This document shows, one piece after another, positions 59,140 through 64,000 of a DNA stretch of 64,000 bases. Position 1 is the stretch's first letter. The number at the start of each line of letters is the position of its first letter. The position numbers were made by a program, and so were the translations under genes. Below the pieces are notes generated by a model. The model had not been told where the DNA came from. It searched no databases and saw only the letters and a list, made by a program, of their open reading frames with translations. Source of the stretch: a virus; the IMG/VR virus record IMGVR_UViG_3300036670_000256, positions 9,638 through 73,637 of that record. One strand, written 5' to 3'.

Positions 59140-60471
59140 ATGAAACCAAAAACTAAATTACAAGTAAGAATAATGGCACTTTCTAAGAATTTGCCAAAAA
59201 TCTATAAGGCTCAAGAAAAGTGGTCAAACAAATTACACTTGAGTTATTACACTAGACACTATAATAATTTTATTTGTCTTGAGTGTAATTTTAAATGGAA
59301 AGCTAATATGCCAGCTTGGACTGATGAACTTTCAGAAGCAAGCTGTCCTGGTTGTAAAAACAAAATAAAGTTAATCAAAGAAGCAAAACCTCGTTTTAAC
59401 TTTTATCATACATTTTCAATTGTAACAACAGTTGAAGAATTTCAAGTAGTTAGAAATTTTACGACTTGGAAAAATTTAAGTAAAGAGAGTGTTCCTAATT
59501 ATCACACTGTTGAAACCTTTCAAGAATGGAATACTGATTTTAAAAAGAAAACAGTTGTTATTGGTTTAAATAGAAACGGTAGTTATTATGATGATGGATT
59601 TCAATATGGTTCTAATTTTGACATAAAGAATGCTTACAATCCTTGGGGTAGTTATTGTTATCCTACAGTTGTGGATTTTGTTTATCCTAAAATTAATTTA
59701 CTACCTGTTTTTTATAGAAATGGATTTGATAACAATTTTTATAATTGCAATCCCAGACCTTTTTTAAAAACATTGATGACTAGTCAAATTTTTGAAACTT
59801 TAGTTAAATTAAAAAATGAAGAATTAATTGTTAGTTACTTTAAAAAAAGTGAATCCTTTGTTAAACGTTGGCAGCAAATTAAAATTTGTATAAAAAACGA
59901 TTTTGAATTTACTGATTTTTTATTGTGGAATGACTACATAGATTTTTTAGAATATTTAAAAATTGACATTTGTAATTTTAAATTTATTTGTCCTAAAGAT
60001 TTAAAAAAAGAACATAATTTTTACATGTTAAAAGTTGGAATTAAAAAAGAAAAACTTGCAAAAATTAAAGCTAAAGAAAGATTAATAGAACAAGAAAAAT
60101 CTAGAGAAGAAAATGCTAAAGCTTTGAAATTAAAGAAAAAATATTTCAAAGATTTTCAGATTGATAATGGAGAATTTAAAATAATTGTTTTGCACACTAA
60201 AAAACAATTTAAAGAAGAAGGTTTAAAGTTAGAACACTGCCTTTACAGAAGTGATTATTATGACAAAAAAGATTCTTTAATTTTGTCTGCTAGAATTAAT
60301 AACGAACCAATAGAAACAATTGAAGTTTCTTTAACACAATTACAAGTTTTACAAATAAGAGGTTTTGATAATGAACCAACAATTCATCATGATGAAATAT
60401 TAAAATTGATGAATTTTAATTTACCTAAAATTGGTAGAATTGTGAAAAAATTTCAAAAACAAACAGCTTAA
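59140..60471 (+). CDS. pcfJ: PcfJ-like protein
   Basis: MKPKTKLQ, CLEC...CPGC, ICPKDLKKEH, EEGLKLEHC, ETIEV...QIRG. Confidence 0.85.
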   Translation: MKPKTKLQVRIMALSKNLPKIYKAQEKWSNKLHLSYYTRHYNNFICLECNFKWKANMPAWTDELSEASCPGCKNKIKLIKEAKPRFNFYHTFSIVTTVEEFQVVRNFTTWKNLSKESVPNYHTVETFQEWNTDFKKKTVVIGLNRNGSYYDDGFQYGSNFDIKNAYNPWGSYCYPTVVDFVYPKINLLPVFYRNGFDNNFYNCNPRPFLKTLMTSQIFETLVKLKNEELIVSYFKKSESFVKRWQQIKICIKNDFEFTDFLLWNDYIDFLEYLKIDICNFKFICPKDLKKEHNFYMLKVGIKKEKLAKIKAKERLIEQEKSREENAKALKLKKKYFKDFQIDNGEFKIIVLHTKKQFKEEGLKLEHCLYRSDYYDKKDSLILSARINNEPIETIEVSLTQLQVLQIRGFDNEPTIHHDEILKLMNFNLPKIGRIVKKFQKQTA

Positions 60472-60473
60472 TT

Positions 60474-60914
60474 ATGATTAAAATAGATGAATTATATGCT
60501 AAACCTCCAAGTTATAAATTTAACAAAGAAGAACTTAAATTTATTGAAAAAAGTCTTAAAAATGAAAGACATAGATATAAAATTAAGTATGCTTTTTACA
60601 ATAAAAAATCAAATAAAGGAAAATATATTTGTTTTATTATTGATAGTTCTAATGGTAACAGAAAATCTGGTATTGAGAATAATTGGGAATATTTTGCAGA
60701 ACGAAGTATATCAGACATTGAATTTGGAGAAATTATAGAAAACTACGGAACCAATCATCGTAGGTTTCAAGTTTGGTACTACAAAAGCATTCAATCTTTA
60801 ATTGAAGATGATTTAAAATATCATATAGAAACTCCAATTAAATTTGTACAAGAATGCATTAAAAGAGGTTACAACGGTAACTTTCAAACATTAATAGATT
60901 TTGATAATTATTAA
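60474..60914 (+). CDS. Hypothetical protein
   Basis: Operon ORF. Confidence 0.6.
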   Translation: MIKIDELYAKPPSYKFNKEELKFIEKSLKNERHRYKIKYAFYNKKSNKGKYICFIIDSSNGNRKSGIENNWEYFAERSISDIEFGEIIENYGTNHRRFQVWYYKSIQSLIEDDLKYHIETPIKFVQECIKRGYNGNFQTLIDFDNY

Positions 60915-60924
60915 ATAAAATAAA

Positions 60925-61428
60925 ATGAAAAATATAGAATTAGAAAATCATCTGAAAGATAATTTAAGCTTATCAGATTATCAATTGTTGATTACAAGTG
61001 AAGAATTTTGTTATAAAGAAGGTAAATTAATTTTTGATGCTACAAAGTTTAAAAAGGAACTGATCAAGAAAATAAAAGAAAATTCTAAATTAGCTCAACA
61101 AAGAATTGATGTAAAATTAAATCTTTTAGTACCTACTACTGGAGATTTTTTAAAAATTGGCAAAGAATACTATAGATTAGTTTCTGTATTTCATTCACAA
61201 GGTATTTTTCAATATTGTCATGATGGTAGTTTTTACCTTAATGAGAATGGAAATTGCGGTTATTCTGGAGGATTTTGCTTTGATCATGGTAGTAATTTTA
61301 AAGCAGAAGAATTAAAGGTTACAAATAAATTTGAAATTGGTAGATTTTGGTTTTTTTCTCAAGACAAAGCCAAGGCACATAACGGAGTGTATTTTAACAA
61401 TAAATTTAAAGTATGGAAACTAAAATAA
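60925..61428 (+). CDS. DUF4121-like protein
   Basis: PTTGDF...GSFYL...YSGG...GRFWFF...AHNGVYF. Confidence 0.55.
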   Translation: MKNIELENHLKDNLSLSDYQLLITSEEFCYKEGKLIFDATKFKKELIKKIKENSKLAQQRIDVKLNLLVPTTGDFLKIGKEYYRLVSVFHSQGIFQYCHDGSFYLNENGNCGYSGGFCFDHGSNFKAEELKVTNKFEIGRFWFFSQDKAKAHNGVYFNNKFKVWKLK

Positions 61429-61433
61429 AAGCA

Positions 61434-61613
61434 ATGGCTTATCCTTACGATCACGATGATGATGGATATTTGGACAACGATTTTGAACAAGATTATATTC
61501 GAAACGATGACAATGATGATGATGATGATGATGATAACTATTATGATGATGATAATTTAGGAGGAACTGGACATGGCGACAAATCATATTCTGACGCTGA
61601 TAATTATTTATAG
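61434..61613 (+). CDS. Very acidic 59-aa peptide
   Basis: MAYPYDHDDD...NDDDDDDDNYYDDDN; (GAT)n run. Confidence 0.55.
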   Translation: MAYPYDHDDDGYLDNDFEQDYIRNDDNDDDDDDDNYYDDDNLGGTGHGDKSYSDADNYL

Positions 61614-61614
61614 T

Positions 61615-62034
61615 ATGAATATTTCTAAAAAACAAAAGAAAATATTTGCTGGTAAAATTTGTCCTTATTGCAATTCTAAGACTAAAAAAGTTTCTCAAGA
61701 TTTTGTTTACGGAAAAACTTATGGTAAAGGTTATGATTTAATAGTTTGCAATAACTATCCAAATTGTAATAGTTATGTTGGAACTCACAAGACTGGAATT
61801 GCTTTAGGAAGATTGGCCGGTTATCAATTGCGTATAGCAAAAAAAAAAGCACATGAATCTTTTGATTTGCTTTGGAAAAACGAATTAATTAAAAGAGAGA
61901 CAGCTTACAAATTGCTTTCAAAGCATTTACAGATACCTATCGAATACACACACATTGGTATGTTTCAGATATCAACTTGTTATAAAGTAGTGGATTGGTC
62001 AAAAGAATTATTATTAACTCTTAAAACACGTTAA
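61615..62034 (+). CDS. DUF3268-like zinc-finger protein
   Basis: CPYC...C..C.SYVGTH...LGRLA...AH..FD.LW...HIGMF. Confidence 0.8.
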   Translation: MNISKKQKKIFAGKICPYCNSKTKKVSQDFVYGKTYGKGYDLIVCNNYPNCNSYVGTHKTGIALGRLAGYQLRIAKKKAHESFDLLWKNELIKRETAYKLLSKHLQIPIEYTHIGMFQISTCYKVVDWSKELLLTLKTR

Positions 62035-62035
62035 A

Positions 62036-62278
62036 ATGAAAACATTTAAAAGAAAAAATTTAGAAGAAATTGTTTATCAAAACGAAACTTACAAAGTAAA
62101 CATTTCAATTAGCTCAAAATTAAAAGCTCCAAATGGTAGTTTAGAAAACGTAAAAATAGCTTTAAAAGAAAAAAATTTAAAAGCTATACAAGTTCATTGT
62201 ATGCATAATAATTTAATAGGAAAATCAGATTTTCATGGAAAACCTTATGTTCCTAATGTTTGGATATTTACAAACTAA
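62036..62278 (+). CDS. Hypothetical protein
   Basis: Coupled ORF. Confidence 0.6.
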   Translation: MKTFKRKNLEEIVYQNETYKVNISISSKLKAPNGSLENVKIALKEKNLKAIQVHCMHNNLIGKSDFHGKPYVPNVWIFTN

Positions 62279-62377
62279 TTAATTAGATTAGGCGGTTTTA
62301 CTTTGGTTTTGCCGCCATATTTTTTAACGTTTTGCAGCTAACTTGTATATATAAAAAACACTAACAATATTTTAATT

Positions 62378-62866
62378 ATGAAATACTTTAAAGTAAACAG
62401 AAAAAAAGAGAAGAATGACATCAAGAAATTGATTAAACTGCTAAAACCGATTATAACAAAAGATACTGTTATTGTAAATTGTAGTCCGGATTACTCGTCT
62501 ATTATTTCTCAGCAAGTGATTCACGCATATTTCGACAATCCTTTAACGATGATTAATTTTGAGATGCCGTTTCCTAATACTCCATTTGAATTAGAATATC
62601 CTGAATATTGCCGAAGATTTACTTTGAATTTATTAAGAAACAAGCATCATGTTTTTATTGATAGTGGCGTACTTAGAGGTAGAAACTTTAAAACGCTATA
62701 TGATACTCTTGTAGATTTTAGCTATACAAAATTTACATTCGCTTCGCTATATGTTCAAGATGATGCGATATTTACTCCTGAGTATTACGTAGAAAAATTT
62801 AATAAAAAAGACGAAGGAATGTTACTGTTCTGGTGGGAAAATAAAAAATGTACTTTATTTGATTAA
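62378..62866 (+). CDS. Type I phosphoribosyltransferase-like protein
   Basis: HVFIDSGVLRGRNF PRPP-loop-like motif, FASLY...PEYY, FWWE. Confidence 0.6.
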   Translation: MKYFKVNRKKEKNDIKKLIKLLKPIITKDTVIVNCSPDYSSIISQQVIHAYFDNPLTMINFEMPFPNTPFELEYPEYCRRFTLNLLRNKHHVFIDSGVLRGRNFKTLYDTLVDFSYTKFTFASLYVQDDAIFTPEYYVEKFNKKDEGMLLFWWENKKCTLFD

Positions 62867-62891
62867 TTATGATAAATACGAACATAAAAAT

Positions 62892-63158
62892 ATGATAGAT
62901 TTTAAAGAATACAGGAGAATTAAAATTGCAGAAATGCGAGAAGTAAGTGAAAAAGATATTAATGTTTTTAATAATCATGGATTTATACATATATCAGAAT
63001 ATCCATTTGGTTATAACATTTCTATTTCTAATGCGGACAAAGATAATGGAAGCCCTAAAATTGGCGATATGATAGCAAGGAATCCAAAAGACTATTCCGA
63101 CCAATGGTTAGTAGCTAAACAATATTTCAAAGATAATTTTGAGCAGTTTGTTGGGTAA
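62892..63158 (+). CDS. Small phage protein (GDMIARNP...WLVA..YF..NFE motif)
   Basis: Recognisable recurrent phage motif; ATG 62892. Confidence 0.65.
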   Translation: MIDFKEYRRIKIAEMREVSEKDINVFNNHGFIHISEYPFGYNISISNADKDNGSPKIGDMIARNPKDYSDQWLVAKQYFKDNFEQFVG

Positions 63159-63165
63159 GCTATCA

Positions 63166-63604
63166 TATAACGTTTGCGAGTTGTAGTAGTTGCAAAATTA
63201 ATCACAAATAACAACAAAAATTATGAAAAATGTCATTGAATTATTACTTGATAAGAAAAAAGAATGTGAGGATATTCTAATGTTTCTTAATGGAAACGAC
63301 AAGGAATGTGCAACATTAATTCCAGAAATAGACCAAGCTTTACAATTACTACAACCCGCTGTTGTAGGGCGAAGCGAACAGTGTGGCAAATGTACTGAAT
63401 CAACAGGTGAAACCAAATTATGGTGTTGCAACCACTGTGGCAGAAGAACAGAATCTTTCTAGCCACATTGCCTACAACGTTGTCGCGGCTTTGTGATGTT
63501 GCCGAAAAACACACACTAATTTTTAAATTAAAGACAAATGAAAAAAGTACAAAACAATACCAAAATTAAACAATTAACCCAACTATTGTATAACCGCGGT
63601 TAGC
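63166..63604. repeat. Interlocked attC-like inverted-repeat array
   Basis: AAC/GTT junctions with paired arms 63176-63192/63343-63359, 63361-63387/63462-63478 and 63484-63493/63589-63598. Confidence 0.65.
63223..63462 (+). CDS. Chimeric small ORF spanning an attC-like junction, C-terminal Zn-ribbon
   Basis: Helix, then LQLLQPAVVGRSEQ (encoded by the repeat), then CGKC...CCNHC. Confidence 0.65.
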   Translation: MKNVIELLLDKKKECEDILMFLNGNDKECATLIPEIDQALQLLQPAVVGRSEQCGKCTESTGETKLWCCNHCGRRTESF

Positions 63605-63638
63605 AAATCGTTGTGGGAATTTAAAACAAAACGTAATT

Positions 63639-63863
63639 ATGAACTCAAACAGAATTAAAGAAATACAAAAACAAACTGCTTATCCTGAAAGTAGAAGCGT
63701 ACATCAAGGATTATTACAAGTTTGGAATGAATGCCAACAAGAATTTAATAAAGACATTAGAGAAATGCTGATTGTTTACGAATTAAAGGTGAGATGTTGT
63801 AGTAACGAACAAGCTGAAATAATGGTAGATAGTTATTTAGCGGTTGAAAACTTTACAAAATGA
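63639..63863 (+). CDS. Hypothetical protein
   Basis: RIKEIQKQTAYPESRSVHQGLLQVWNEC. Confidence 0.65.
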   Translation: MNSNRIKEIQKQTAYPESRSVHQGLLQVWNECQQEFNKDIREMLIVYELKVRCCSNEQAEIMVDSYLAVENFTK

Positions 63864-64000
63864 TAAATATTATTCCAATAAACGATTTGGAAGAACACGA
63901 GGAATTTTCAACTTGCAAATGCTGTCCAAGTTTAATAATTGAAAACGGAGAAATGATAATACTTCACAATTCATTTGATAAGCGTGAGATAATAGAACTT
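63860..64000 (+). CDS. Small His/Cys protein, truncated by the window end
   Basis: MINIIPINDLEEH...CKCCP...HNSFDKRE; ATGA overlap. Confidence 0.55.
   Translation, partial: MINIIPINDLEEHEEFSTCKCCPSLIIENGEMIILHNSFDKREIIEL

Noticed and set aside
63166-63604. CRISPR array or tRNA interpretation of the repeats
   Set aside because: The repeats are inverted and degenerate with irregular, ORF-bearing spacers; no cloverleaf is evident.
1-64000. Stop-codon reassignment, introns or inteins, as found in some crAss-like phages
   Set aside because: Core genes (terL, portal, MCP, dnaB) are uninterrupted under the standard code, and TAG/TGA serve as real stops.

Overview
AT-rich (roughly 70% by eye) segment of a large Bacteroidota phage with crAss-like (Crassvirales-type) podovirus gene order; Flavobacterium-type TAnnTTTG promoters are present and the code appears standard. 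Bases 1-36.8 kb are a leftward arm. From right to left it holds an accessory/anti-defence cluster (exoribonuclease, Acb2/Tad1-like, GroES-like, Tad2/DUF2829-like, degenerate DHH, KTSC), terminase, portal, scaffold-like protein, major capsid, ring/IHF-like/tail genes, a lysis module, the tail stabilization (muzzle) protein and large ejected cargo proteins. Bases 37-64 kb are a rightward early/replication arm: small membrane proteins, a candidate origin near 39.7-40.2 kb, RadC/JAB, a helicase-methyltransferase fusion, an outer-membrane barrel, DnaB, SSB, Dda-like helicase, 5'-3' exonuclease, PcfK/PcfJ and PRTase-like genes. The most notable observations are: (1) interlocked attC-like inverted-repeat units at 62.3-63.6 kb, with an ORF built across a junction; (2) a small ORF carrying a stand-alone copy of a terminase ATPase motif, a possible Avs decoy; (3) a catalytically dead DHH phosphoesterase among nucleotide-sponge-like genes; (4) a 21-bp palindromic operator in fixed geometry with several promoters; (5) a TAA(A)CCACAAAA box that precedes hairpins; (6) sharply bounded zones of oligonucleotide avoidance near 37 and 40 kb. 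All family calls come from motif recognition by eye; no database searches were run.
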